This document shows, piece after piece, positions 28,338-38,283 of a DNA stretch of 64,000 bases; position 1 is the first letter of the stretch, and every line of letters starts with the position of its first letter. The notes below the pieces were generated by a model. It searched no databases, was not told the origin of the DNA, and saw nothing but the letters and a program-made list of their open reading frames with translations. Both the position numbers and the translations under genes were made by a program. Origin of the DNA: Candidatus Latescibacterota bacterium (GTDB taxonomy: Bacteria; Latescibacterota; UBA2968; GCA-2709665); assembly GCA_965222075.1 (NCBI GenBank), contig OZ244937.1, forward strand, positions 4,928,001 to 4,992,000. Direction: 5' to 3'.

Positions 28338-29147
28338 ATGATACCGGAGGAACAGAAGGCCTTTTTTGAAGCACAGGGATACCTTGTTGTAGAGGATCTG
28401 CTGTCTGCTGGTGAGGTGGCGGAATGTGAGGCGGAGATTGAGCGGCTGCACCGGCTGGCTGCCGAGTTAGAGGCCAGGGACGATCCGGCGATCCGCCGGT
28501 TCCAGCGGGAGCCGTATGCCGGGGGTGCGGTTCAGGTTGGCCTGCCCGTGCTGAGGAAGATCGAGCAGACACGGGAGATTTCGGAGGTCTTCCGGCGGCT
28601 TGCCGCGCATCCCAGACTTTTAAAGGTGATCCGGACGCTCATCGGCCCGGACCTGCTCCTGTTCCGGAGCACGTTGATGCTGAAGCCCGCGCACCACGGC
28701 TCCGCGCACGGCCTGCATCAGGACTCGGCGTACTGGCCTATGGATCCTCCGACGCTGGTTACCGTGAGCATCGCGTTGAGCGATGCCACGCCGGAGAACG
28801 GCTGTTTCCAGGTGATTCCGAAGAGCCACACGTGGGGGATGCAGCGGTGGGGGCGCATTGCCCGGGAGCAGGACGAAGCGTTGACGGACCGCGAGGACGT
28901 GGATCTGTCGGCGCAGATCGAGGTCTCCCTGTCTGGGGGCAGCGCCCTGCTGTTTCACAGCCTGCTGGTCCACGGGTCGGGCCCCAACCGATCTCCACAT
29001 CCGAGACATACGGCTCTGTATGCCTACTTCCCGCCTGCGGTTCGCTATGTTCCCAAAGCGGGGGGGCCGCAGCAGAAGGTGTTTCCGGTTGTGTCAGGGC
29101 TGGATGGGGCGAAGGAGGTGACCCTGGTGGCGGAGGAGGGGAACTGA
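28338..29147 (+). CDS. Phytanoyl-CoA dioxygenase (PhyH) family Fe(II)/2OG enzyme
   Basis: F..QGYLVV, HQD, ENGC..VIPKSH, VHGSGPNRS..R. Confidence 0.9.
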   Translation: MIPEEQKAFFEAQGYLVVEDLLSAGEVAECEAEIERLHRLAAELEARDDPAIRRFQREPYAGGAVQVGLPVLRKIEQTREISEVFRRLAAHPRLLKVIRTLIGPDLLLFRSTLMLKPAHHGSAHGLHQDSAYWPMDPPTLVTVSIALSDATPENGCFQVIPKSHTWGMQRWGRIAREQDEALTDREDVDLSAQIEVSLSGGSALLFHSLLVHGSGPNRSPHPRHTALYAYFPPAVRYVPKAGGPQQKVFPVVSGLDGAKEVTLVAEEGN

Positions 29148-29180
29148 AGGTTGAAGATTGGGACAGATCTTAAGAGAGGA

Positions 29181-29961
29181 GATGGAGATGGGGCGTACCT
29201 TGCACATTAAGCCACGGTATTACCGGTGGCACGTGGATCACGGGGTGGAGTGGGTGGAGACGAATACGGGATATGCCCACCTGGACTGGGAGATGCCGCT
29301 GACGGAGGCGGCGCTGGTGCTGGTGGATGTGTGGGCCCACCACTATCTGAAAGATACGGAGGCCCGGTCTGAAGAGATTGTGCGGGAGAAGATTGTGCCG
29401 CTGGTGGCGGCGTGTCGCAAGGCGGGGATGCAGCTTATTCACGCGCCCGCTCCGGGGCTGGCGGAGGAGCACCCCGCCCGGGTTAAACTGGTTAGCGACG
29501 GTGAGATGGCCGGGGTCCGGCGGGAAGACTGGCCGCCGTCCGAGTTCCGGAGAAAGTCGGGGGATTACCGGAGGTACGCCCGGCCGGTGGAGCCGAGGGA
29601 GGAGGAACTGGTGAAGATGCGTTCGAAGCGGAAGATGCACCCCCTGGTGCAGGTGGAGGGGGAGGATGTGGTGATCCTCAACGGGGAGGAACTGCACCGG
29701 TTCTGCAAGCAGAAGGGCATTCTGTTTCTGTTCTTTCTGGGGTTCAATACCAACGCATGTATTCTGCTGCGTGATTACGGCACAAATGAGATGAACAAAC
29801 GGGGCTATGAGGTGATCATTTTGAGGGACTGCGGCACGGGTATGGAGTCGTTTGAGACGCACGATGCGCTGTGGCAGACCCGGGGGGCGGTGCTGTTTTT
29901 AGAGATGTTCGGGAAGTATTCGGTTACATCGGAGGAACTGATCGCGGGACTGCCGGGTTAA
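29181..29961 (+). CDS. Isochorismatase-family cysteine hydrolase
   Basis: ALVLVDVW, GFNTNAC, GYEVIILRDC; start uncertain. Confidence 0.75.
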
Positions 29962-30072
29962 AAGGAAAAAGCAACTGAACACAGGTGAATACGGATAAAA
30001 CGGCGGTTCATCCCACCTGTGTCGTGGTTCCAGGGGCTTCCGGGTTGAGGACTGGCGAGAGGATCCGGGATA

Positions 30073-30897
30073 GTGATTTCAATCTTTACAGACGAGATCA
30101 ACCGCGAAGACCCCCTGCGGGCGGTCGAGCTGGCCGCAGAGTGGGGGGTGACGCACGTTGAGGTGCGGTCGCTGGGAGGGGGACGGTTTCCCAGGGTGCC
30201 AGATGAGGAGATGGAGGCGTTTTACGCCCGGGTATGCGATGCGGGGCTGGGGGTTTCGGGGGTGTCGCCGGGGTTCTTCAAGTGTCCGATCCACGATCCG
30301 TCGGTGGCTGAAGGGCTTTTGGAGGGGTTGCCCCGGGCGTGTGAATGGGCCAGGCGGTGGGGGACGGACCTGGTGTCGTGCTTCGGGTTTGACAGGGGGC
30401 AGGGAGAGTGGGTGCCTGCCCAGGTTGTGGACCGGGTGGGTGAGATGGCCGATATCGTGTCGCGGGAGGGCTGTCGGCTGGCGCTGGAAAACGAGCCGGT
30501 CTGCTGGGGGGGGACCGGCCTGGAGGCCGCAGAGATGATCCGCCAGATCGGCGTTGACCGGATCAAGTTGTGCTGGGATCCGGGCAACTCGGCGCGGGCC
30601 GGGTCGGCCTGCCCGTATCCGGACGAGTACGAGACAGTAAAGGATCTGGTTGCCCACGTGCATGTAAAAAATTACGATGCAGGCGGTTGGGTGATTGCCG
30701 AACGGGGAGTCGTGGATTGGCCCGGCCAGTTGAAGGCGCTCCGGTCCGATGCGTACGGCGGGTTTGTGGTGGTAGAGACCCACCTGGCCATCAGCCCGGA
30801 TGCGTTTGAGGTGGTCGATCCGACGTTTAGCGGGCTGGAGGCGAACAGCCTGCGGAATCTCAAATTTGTGCGGGAATGTATGGGGGTTGAAGATTGA
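30073..30897 (+). CDS. Sugar-phosphate isomerase/epimerase (AP-endonuclease-2 TIM barrel)
   Basis: FTDEI, LENE, WDPGN, HVHVK, VETH. Confidence 0.85.
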   Translation: MISIFTDEINREDPLRAVELAAEWGVTHVEVRSLGGGRFPRVPDEEMEAFYARVCDAGLGVSGVSPGFFKCPIHDPSVAEGLLEGLPRACEWARRWGTDLVSCFGFDRGQGEWVPAQVVDRVGEMADIVSREGCRLALENEPVCWGGTGLEAAEMIRQIGVDRIKLCWDPGNSARAGSACPYPDEYETVKDLVAHVHVKNYDAGGWVIAERGVVDWPGQLKALRSDAYGGFVVVETHLAISPDAFEVVDPTFSGLEANSLRNLKFVRECMGVED

Positions 30898-30901
30898 AGA
30901 T

Positions 30902-32080
30902 ATGACTGACTGGGAACCGATTCTAAGTGCGGTTGACGGGGAGTGGCTTGCCGAGCAGACGGTGGCTCTGGTGGGGATTCCAAGCGTGACGATGGAGGAG
31001 GAGGCTGTTTGCGGCTGCTACGAGGCGCAGCTGCGAAACCTGGGCCTGGAGGTGGATGTGCGCGAGGTGACGCCGGGGCGGTCAAATCTCTACGCTCGAA
31101 TTTCGGGTTTGGGAGGGGGGCCGACGCTGATGCTGAACGGGCACCTGGATACGATTCCGATCGGGAACTGCCCGCCCTGCCGCCGGGAGGGGGACCGGAT
31201 TTACGGCCGGGGCTCGACGGATATGAAGGGCGGCATGGCGGCGGTTCTGGGTGCGGCGAAGGCGCTGCTGGAGTCGAGGGTGCGGTTGAAGGGCGATTTG
31301 CTGCTGACCGCGGTGGTGGGGCACGAGGAGCCGGAGGCGGAGAAGGACGGCCCCCGGGCGCTGATTGAGGATATCAAGCGTGGACGGGCGGCCTGCGACC
31401 GGATCCTGATTGTGGAGGGGCGGGATGCGCTGTGGGTGATGAGCATGGGGTCGATGGTGTTTACGATTACCCTGGCGTCCGACCGGGGGGGGATGCACAC
31501 CAATTATGTGCCTTTTGGCGAGAATCCGATCCGGTATGTGGGCGATCTGATCCGGCGGTTTACACAGCGCCAGGAGGAGCTGGACGCCGGGGATGTGCAC
31601 CCGCTTGCAGGCCCCGAACGGATTGACCTGGGGATTGTGCAGGCGGGGGACTATTTCAACCGGACACCGCTTGAGTGCACGCTGACGGGCACCCGCCGCT
31701 GGGCGCCGGGCAAGACGGCGGCCTCGGTGCTTGCCGAACTTGAGTCCTTAGCGATGCCGTTCGTCCACGAAGGGGGGCTGACGCTTTCGGTTGAGATGGT
31801 GCACGAGCGCGAACCGTTCGAGACCCCCCGAGACGATCCGGCCGTTGAGGCTGCTTCGGCCGCCCACCGGATCGTGACGGGAAAGGAGGCCGAATGCGAA
31901 GGGCGGCGGATCGTGGGGGACGCGAATCTTTACGTGCACGGAAGCGGCGTGCCGACCTTCTACTACGGCCCTTCCAACGAGACGGCTCACGCGGATGTGG
32001 AGTGGGTTTCGGCAGCGCGAATCCGGAATGCGGCCAGGGTCTACGCGCTGACGGCGGCGATGTACTGTGGGGTTGCGTAG
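30902..32080 (+). CDS. M20 metallopeptidase/deacylase (ArgE/DapE-like)
   Basis: NGHLDT, YGRGSTDMKGG, HEE, AHADVE. Confidence 0.9.
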   Translation: MTDWEPILSAVDGEWLAEQTVALVGIPSVTMEEEAVCGCYEAQLRNLGLEVDVREVTPGRSNLYARISGLGGGPTLMLNGHLDTIPIGNCPPCRREGDRIYGRGSTDMKGGMAAVLGAAKALLESRVRLKGDLLLTAVVGHEEPEAEKDGPRALIEDIKRGRAACDRILIVEGRDALWVMSMGSMVFTITLASDRGGMHTNYVPFGENPIRYVGDLIRRFTQRQEELDAGDVHPLAGPERIDLGIVQAGDYFNRTPLECTLTGTRRWAPGKTAASVLAELESLAMPFVHEGGLTLSVEMVHEREPFETPRDDPAVEAASAAHRIVTGKEAECEGRRIVGDANLYVHGSGVPTFYYGPSNETAHADVEWVSAARIRNAARVYALTAAMYCGVA

Positions 32081-32106
32081 AAGCCCTTTATTCCGGTTAA
32101 GGAGGG

Positions 32107-33151
32107 ATGTTTATGAACACGATCGTGAGGGCGACCGGAGGCGGGGTGTTGACCGACCGGACGGCCCGGTGGGAGGACGAGGCGGGCCTTGAGGGAGAGG
32201 TGGAGGCCTTCGGGGCAGAACACAACCCGACCGGGAATCCGATTGGGGGCGGTGAAGGGTATTCGGAGGTTTATACGGAGGGGGACTACACGGTCCGCAG
32301 TTATGAGGAGCTGGAGGTTGTCCTGGCAGAGGCAAAGGCGGGGCAGGTGGTGTTTGTGCCGGAGGATATTGAGATCGACATGGGCCGGCCGGCCGGAGCT
32401 GTCGGTTCCGGAGGCGGTGACCCTGGCGGGCAGCCGGGGGGACAACGGATCGGACGGCGGGTTGATTTTTTCCGACAACCTGCATACCCCTGGTCTGTTT
32501 GCCTCGGCCGGAGACTGCGTGCGCATTACCGGACTGCGGGTTCAGGGGCCATACCCCCACCGGGAGCGCATCGACGCGAATTCAAGTGGGATGCACAGCA
32601 ACCACTTCGGCATGGAAATCGACAACTGCAATATCTCCGGTTTCAGAGGTTCTGCAACCGGGTTTGGGAGAGGCGCCAGCCGGGGCTATGTGCACCACAA
32701 CTACATTCACCACAACCAGCAGGCCGGACTGGGCTACGGAGTAAGCGTGGGCGGTGGGGACGTGCTGATCGAGGCCAATCTGTTCGACTGGTGCCGACAC
32801 CACATCGCCTCTTCCGGCGCGCCCGGCTCGGCATACGAAGCCCGGTACAATATCTGCGGGGAAAACGCGAATGGGCATTTGATCGACATGCATGGGGGGC
32901 GGGACCGGGGGGATGCCACGGATATTGCGGGAGACTGGATGAATGTTCACCACAACACGTTTATGTGCGAGGAAGCCCGAAGCGTGGGCATCCGGGGCAT
33001 GCCCAGCCAGGGCGCAGTGATCCACCACAACTGGTTTTACAGCCCGGATCCGGAGAATGTGGTCCGGACGTCGGGAGGAACCGAAGCATACCAGAATGTG
33101 TTCGGCCCTGAAAAGACTTTGATCCGTCAGCTGGAGATTCGCTATGACTGA
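32107..33151 (+). pseudogene. Right-handed beta-helix (pectin-lyase-like) protein gene split by a frameshift
   Basis: N-part (NPIGGGEGY...VVFVPEDIEIDM) is in ORF 32107; C-part (VTLAGSRG...HHNYIHHNQ..GLGYG..IEANLFD..RH) is in ORF 32189; frame switch near 32382-32395. Confidence 0.75.
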
Positions 33152-34997
33152 TGCTAACCCTGTGTCGGCGCGTGCGGCATCGGACGCCGGGTCCGGCGCG
33201 AGTGTAGACCACCTGGGCGATCCGCTGCCCGAAGGGGCCGTGCAGCGCCTGGGCACCCGAAGGATGCAGGTTTCGATTTCGGATATGGCCTACTCGGCCG
33301 ACGGCAAGAAGGCGTTTGTGATTTCCGGTGGTGAGTTGCACGTCTGGGACCTGATCCGAGGGGAGCAGGTGGGCGCTTACCGGGTATCGGACCATTCGCT
33401 GGCGGGGATGGACTGCGACCGGAGCCTCCGAAAAGCCCTGTTTGCAGATCGGTCCGGGGCGGTGATCGAGTGGGACCTTGAGGAGAACCGGGAGGGACGC
33501 CGGTTTGCAACCGGGAGGGGGTCGCTCATTTCCGTCCGGTACTCTCCGGAGGGTGAGCGGGCGCTGACGCTGGACCGGGAGGCGTCGGCTTTGGAGGAGT
33601 GGGACCTGGAGGCGGGCGAGCGGTTGATTTTGATTGAGGCGCCCGGAGAGAGTCTGAATCGGTGCATCTACGGCCCGGACGGCCGGACGGCGTTTGTGGG
33701 ACACCAGCCGGGAGACAATATTTACCATTACGATCTGGTCTCCGGTGAGCTGCTTAAAATTTTCGTGGACGATTACAGCAATTACGATATGTGCCTCTCC
33801 GCAGACGGAGAGCGGCTGCTGGTGGGGACAAGGCACAAGTCGAACGAGTGGCGGCTTTCGGACTATGCGTGCCTGGAGACGTTTACCGGCCACCTGGGTC
33901 ACGCAGTGCCCTCTGTGGCCTATACGCGGGACGATCGGTTCCTGCTGACGGGCTCCCGGGACGGCTCGATCCGGATGTGGGACCGGAAAAAGGCCGAGGT
34001 GGTGAAACGGTGGTACCCGCACCAGAGGTACGTGAACCGGATGCGGGTTTCCTCTGACGGGGAGTGGGTGCTCTCCTACGGCGGCGACGGCCTGCTGACC
34101 GAGACGAGTTTAGAGACGGGCGAACCGCGCCTGCGGTGGGAACGCCACAGGTCGGGTGTGCAGGCCTTGGCGTTTACGCCGGACGGCTCGTATGCAGTCT
34201 CCGGGTCGGCAGACAAGACCATCCGGGTGTGGGAGACCGACGGGTGGCGCCCGGTTCGCAAGATTTTGAACCCCGGCGACGAGGTACACGCGCTTTCTGT
34301 TTCGCCCGACGGGCAGCAGGTTGCGGCCGGCTCGAAAGACGGCACAGTTCGGGTGTTCGCACTTGAGACCGGGGAGGTTGTAAAGGCGCTTTCCGGGCAC
34401 CTGGGCTATGTCCGCGCGGTTGAGTACACGGGGGATGGGAGCCGGCTGTTGAGCGCCGCGGGCGACGGCACCGTGCAAGTGTGGGACGTTGAAAGGGGAG
34501 TGGTGGTCTGGACGATGAAGGGCCACCTGGGGGGAGCGCTGGCGGTGGCGGCATCGCCGGACGGGAAGCGGGCGCTGAGTGGGGGGCGCGACGGCATGGT
34601 GCGGGAGTGGGACGCAGAGACGGGAGATCTGATGCAGACGGTGATCGCACACAGGGGGTGGGTGCAGGTTGTAGCGTACAGCCCCGACGGGCGCTGTGCG
34701 ATCTCCGGGGGACGCGACGGGCTCGTCCTTGAGTGGGACCTGGAGGAAGGCCGGGAGGCGCAGGCGTTTGTCCATGCGGCGTGGGTGGAAGCCGCAGGGT
34801 ACCTGGCGGACGGGAAGGCGATCTGTTCCGGTGGTCAGGATGGGCGTGTGATTGTGTGGAACCGGGAGACCGGCGAGGCGGTCGAACGGTTTTCCGGGCA
34901 CGATTCCACGGTACATGCCCTGGCGGCAAGCCCGGATGGGGGGCTGCTGCTTTCGGGATCGGCAGATACCACCATGCTCCTGTGGAGGTTGGCGTGA
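33144..34997 (+). CDS. WD40-repeat protein
   Basis: GDPLPEGAVQRLG leader; many GH...SPDG...SGS.D.T...WD repeats. Confidence 0.9.
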   Translation: MTDANPVSARAASDAGSGASVDHLGDPLPEGAVQRLGTRRMQVSISDMAYSADGKKAFVISGGELHVWDLIRGEQVGAYRVSDHSLAGMDCDRSLRKALFADRSGAVIEWDLEENREGRRFATGRGSLISVRYSPEGERALTLDREASALEEWDLEAGERLILIEAPGESLNRCIYGPDGRTAFVGHQPGDNIYHYDLVSGELLKIFVDDYSNYDMCLSADGERLLVGTRHKSNEWRLSDYACLETFTGHLGHAVPSVAYTRDDRFLLTGSRDGSIRMWDRKKAEVVKRWYPHQRYVNRMRVSSDGEWVLSYGGDGLLTETSLETGEPRLRWERHRSGVQALAFTPDGSYAVSGSADKTIRVWETDGWRPVRKILNPGDEVHALSVSPDGQQVAAGSKDGTVRVFALETGEVVKALSGHLGYVRAVEYTGDGSRLLSAAGDGTVQVWDVERGVVVWTMKGHLGGALAVAASPDGKRALSGGRDGMVREWDAETGDLMQTVIAHRGWVQVVAYSPDGRCAISGGRDGLVLEWDLEEGREAQAFVHAAWVEAAGYLADGKAICSGGQDGRVIVWNRETGEAVERFSGHDSTVHALAASPDGGLLLSGSADTTMLLWRLA

Positions 34998-36694
34998 GCG
35001 TCCGTGTGGTCAAAGAGGTGGATATTGAGGCCACAATGCGGGACGGCACTGTTCTCCGGGCAGATGTGTACCGGCCCAATGTCGAGGGCCGGTTTCCAAC
35101 GCTTTTGCACAGAACGCCTTATAACAAGGCGGGTAGAGATGAAGTAGGCAATCAGCTGGCGGAGCGGGGATACGGGGTTGTGATGCAGGATGTGCGGGGG
35201 CGGTATGCCTCAGACGGTGCGTTCTGTCCCGGTTTTTTCAGCGCAGACCACAGGGATTCGGAGGATGGCTTTGATACGGTGGAATGGGCGGCGCAGCTGC
35301 CCTGGTCCACGGGAAAGGTGGGCACGTTTGGCAACTCCTATTGCGGCTGGACGCAGTGGGAGCTGGCCCACACCCGGCCTCCGCATTTGGTGGCGATGCT
35401 GGCGGGCGGGATTGCGGCCAACCTGCTGGATCGGGAACTGTCGGGTGTGCTGCGGGTGGGCCGGGTGATGGACTGGACGGTGAACAACCTGTCTGTGGAT
35501 ATGGCACAGCGGCTGGGCGATCTCCGGAAGCCGAACACGACGGACGAGGCGAGACGCCTCTGGGGTGAACGGGACCGGAGCAAGTGGCTCTGGTTCCTCC
35601 CGCTGTGGGAGATCCCCGAAGAGGCGATGCCCGGGATGAGGGCGCACTGGCGGCGGTGGCTGGAGGACCACACCGCGGACCATTTTGGGTTTTTAGAGAA
35701 GCACCGGCAGGTGAACGTTCCGGTTTTGAGCACGACGGGGTGGTACGATCAGCAGATCGGCACGATCAAGCATTTTACGGGGATGGTGAAGAACGGGATG
35801 AACGAGCACGCCAGGGAAAACCAGTATTTGATTGTGGGACCCTGGACGCATACGATGAACGAGTATGTCAGCCAGGTGGGAGAGGTGGACTTTGGCCCTG
35901 AGGCGTGCCGGAACTTTTACGAGATTGCCGATGCCTGGTTTTCGCGCTGGCTCAAGGGCGAGGAGACCAGGGCTGCGGACTGGCCGCCGATTCAGCTCTT
36001 TGTGATGGGGGCCAACACGTGGCGCGGGGAGGTGGAGTGGCCGCTGGCCAGGACGGTTTATACCGAATTTTATTTTCACAGCGGCGGGAAGGCCAATTCC
36101 CCGGCGGGGGACGGGATAATCTCACGGCAACCGCCGCAGGAGGAGCCGCCCGATGGGTATACGTACGATCCAAGGGATCCGGTGATGAGCCTGTACACCC
36201 CCGGTGGACAGCACGAGCCGATCGATCAGCGGGCGCTGGACGGGCGGCAAGACATCCTGGTCTATTCGACGCCGCCCCTGGAAGAACCTGTGGAAGTGAC
36301 AGGGCCGGTGGTGGTGAAGCTGTGGGCCGCCTCTTCTGCGAGGGATACGGACTTTGTGGCCAAGCTGATCGATGTGCATCCAAACGGGTTCGCCCAGGAG
36401 CTGTGCTACGGGATTGTGCGGGCCCGGTACCGGGAGTCTTTTGACGAGCCGTCGCCGATCGAACCTGGGCGGGTTTATGAATACACGATTCAGGTGAATC
36501 CCACGAGCAATCTATTCAAGCGGGGGCACCGGATACGGATCGATATTTCCAGCAGCGATTTTCCGAATTTCGACCGCAACCACAATACAGGGGACGACGA
36601 CTACAAAGAGGCGGCCCTGCAGACGGCGCAGCAGACGGTTTTCCACGAGGGGGGCCGTCCGTCGCGGGTGATTCTGCCGGTGATTCCAGGTTAG
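34994..36694 (+). CDS. CocE/NonD-family hydrolase
   Basis: MRDGTVLRADVYRP, RTPY, QDVRGRYASDG, GNSYCG nucleophile, GWYD, GPWTH; GTG start overlaps upstream stop. Confidence 0.9.
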   Translation: MSVRVVKEVDIEATMRDGTVLRADVYRPNVEGRFPTLLHRTPYNKAGRDEVGNQLAERGYGVVMQDVRGRYASDGAFCPGFFSADHRDSEDGFDTVEWAAQLPWSTGKVGTFGNSYCGWTQWELAHTRPPHLVAMLAGGIAANLLDRELSGVLRVGRVMDWTVNNLSVDMAQRLGDLRKPNTTDEARRLWGERDRSKWLWFLPLWEIPEEAMPGMRAHWRRWLEDHTADHFGFLEKHRQVNVPVLSTTGWYDQQIGTIKHFTGMVKNGMNEHARENQYLIVGPWTHTMNEYVSQVGEVDFGPEACRNFYEIADAWFSRWLKGEETRAADWPPIQLFVMGANTWRGEVEWPLARTVYTEFYFHSGGKANSPAGDGIISRQPPQEEPPDGYTYDPRDPVMSLYTPGGQHEPIDQRALDGRQDILVYSTPPLEEPVEVTGPVVVKLWAASSARDTDFVAKLIDVHPNGFAQELCYGIVRARYRESFDEPSPIEPGRVYEYTIQVNPTSNLFKRGHRIRIDISSSDFPNFDRNHNTGDDDYKEAALQTAQQTVFHEGGRPSRVILPVIPG

Positions 36695-36755
36695 AGACGG
36701 CAGACGACATGGTCCGTGGTTTGTGGTCCGTTGTTATACAGGAGGCAACGTAGCG

Positions 36756-37715
36756 ATGAGCGTGTCCCAGACGTTGACGGAGGTTTTGATCGATGAACGG
36801 GCGTGGACGGCGGAGAGCATCAACGATCCCGCGTCCTGGTGCTGCACGCTGTCGGAGGCGTGTCTGGCTGAACTTGACGCATTTGTTCAGGAACTGAAGG
36901 GAGATCCCCGGTCGATTACGGAGATCCGGATTGAAGATACGCAGCTCCCGGCCTGCCGGGAAACGCTTCAACCTGTTTCCCATGCGATTCATTTGGGGCG
37001 CGGTTTTTCGGTTGTAGACCGGACGCCATTAGAACGCTATTCCGTTGAGGAGGTCCAGACGATCTACTGGCTGGTGGGCCAGGTTCTGGGGCTTCCGTTT
37101 GAGCAGGATGTGAGGGGGACGCTGCTTTACGATGTGCGGGATACCGGCCAGGATGTGAGCCAGGGCGCCCGGTTTTCGGTGACGAATGCCGAGAGTTCAT
37201 TCCATACGGACGGGGCGTTCAATCCTCAGGCGCCGGATATTGTGGGCCTGCTCTGCCTGCAGACGGCAAAATCCGGGGGGCAGAGCCAGCTGATTAGCGC
37301 AATCACGCTCCATAACGAGCTGCTGCAGCATCACCCCGATGCGCTGGAGATGCTGTATCAGTCGTTTTATTTCGACCGCCGGGGTCAGTTTCGGGAGGGC
37401 GAACAGCCGATTTCAGAGACGCCGATTTTCCGGTGGGACGGCCAGGAGTTGGTGTTCAAGTACATCTATTATTACATCCAGGTGGGGCACGAGGCCATGG
37501 ACCGGCCGCTGATGCCCGAGCAGGAGAAGGCCTTAGAGGCGCTGGAATCGCTGATGCGTTGCGAGGATCTGCAGGTGAAGTTCAGCCTGCAACCCGGCCA
37601 GGTGCTGTTTACGAACAATCGGTGGATTCTGCACAACCGCACGGCGTTTGAGGACTATGTGGAGCTTGAGAAGCGGAGGCACTACGTGCGGCTGTGGTTG
37701 AGCCGGAGAGATTGA
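36756..37715 (+). CDS. TauD/TfdA-family dioxygenase
   Basis: FHTD, LLCLQTAKSGG, LHNRT, RHYVRLW. Confidence 0.88.
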   Translation: MSVSQTLTEVLIDERAWTAESINDPASWCCTLSEACLAELDAFVQELKGDPRSITEIRIEDTQLPACRETLQPVSHAIHLGRGFSVVDRTPLERYSVEEVQTIYWLVGQVLGLPFEQDVRGTLLYDVRDTGQDVSQGARFSVTNAESSFHTDGAFNPQAPDIVGLLCLQTAKSGGQSQLISAITLHNELLQHHPDALEMLYQSFYFDRRGQFREGEQPISETPIFRWDGQELVFKYIYYYIQVGHEAMDRPLMPEQEKALEALESLMRCEDLQVKFSLQPGQVLFTNNRWILHNRTAFEDYVELEKRRHYVRLWLSRRD

Positions 37716-37844
37716 AAGGGGTTGAAAAGCATTCACCGGAAAGGCGGACGATCCGCCGTGGCGGGTGTGGCAGGTCGCGCGGGTTTCCGTGGGGAAAGGG
37801 GAGGTGACGGTGTGCAACGTGCATCTGCCGTTAAGGAGGTCAAT

Positions 37845-38195
37845 GTGAGCGCTGTGATCATCTATCACAATCCCAAATGCAGCAAGAGCAGGCAGACGCT
37901 GCAGCTTCTCAGAGACCGGGGGGTTGAGCCAAGGGTCGTGGAGTATTTGAAGACGCCGCCGGACGAAGACACGCTTGCCCGCCTCCTGGGGATGCTGGAT
38001 ATGGAGCCGATCGAGTTGATGCGGACGAAGGAGGAGGAATACGAGCAGCTGGGGCTGGAGGAGAAAAAGGACGACCGGAAGGCGTTGATCCGGCAGATGG
38101 CGGCGCACCCGATTCTGATCGAGCGGCCGATTGTGGTGAAGGGCAACCAGGCGCGGGTCGGACGCCCGCCGGAGGCGGTGCTGGAGATTTTGTAG
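37845..38195 (+). CDS. arsC: Arsenate reductase (glutaredoxin-dependent ArsC family)
   Basis: IYHNPKCSKSR, LIERPIV, GRPPE; AAGGAGG RBS before GTG. Confidence 0.85.
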   Translation: MSAVIIYHNPKCSKSRQTLQLLRDRGVEPRVVEYLKTPPDEDTLARLLGMLDMEPIELMRTKEEEYEQLGLEEKKDDRKALIRQMAAHPILIERPIVVKGNQARVGRPPEAVLEIL

Positions 38196-38283
38196 AGAGA
38201 TCCAGCCGTCTGAGAATTGCCAACAGACGTTGGCGGTGTCCCTCCGGTGCTAAATTCTGTTAGCGGTTCAATTCCAGATCACC

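Noticed and set aside
37845-38195. Arsenic resistance operon
   Set aside because: No arsR, arsB or acr3 adjacent; stand-alone ArsC-family gene.
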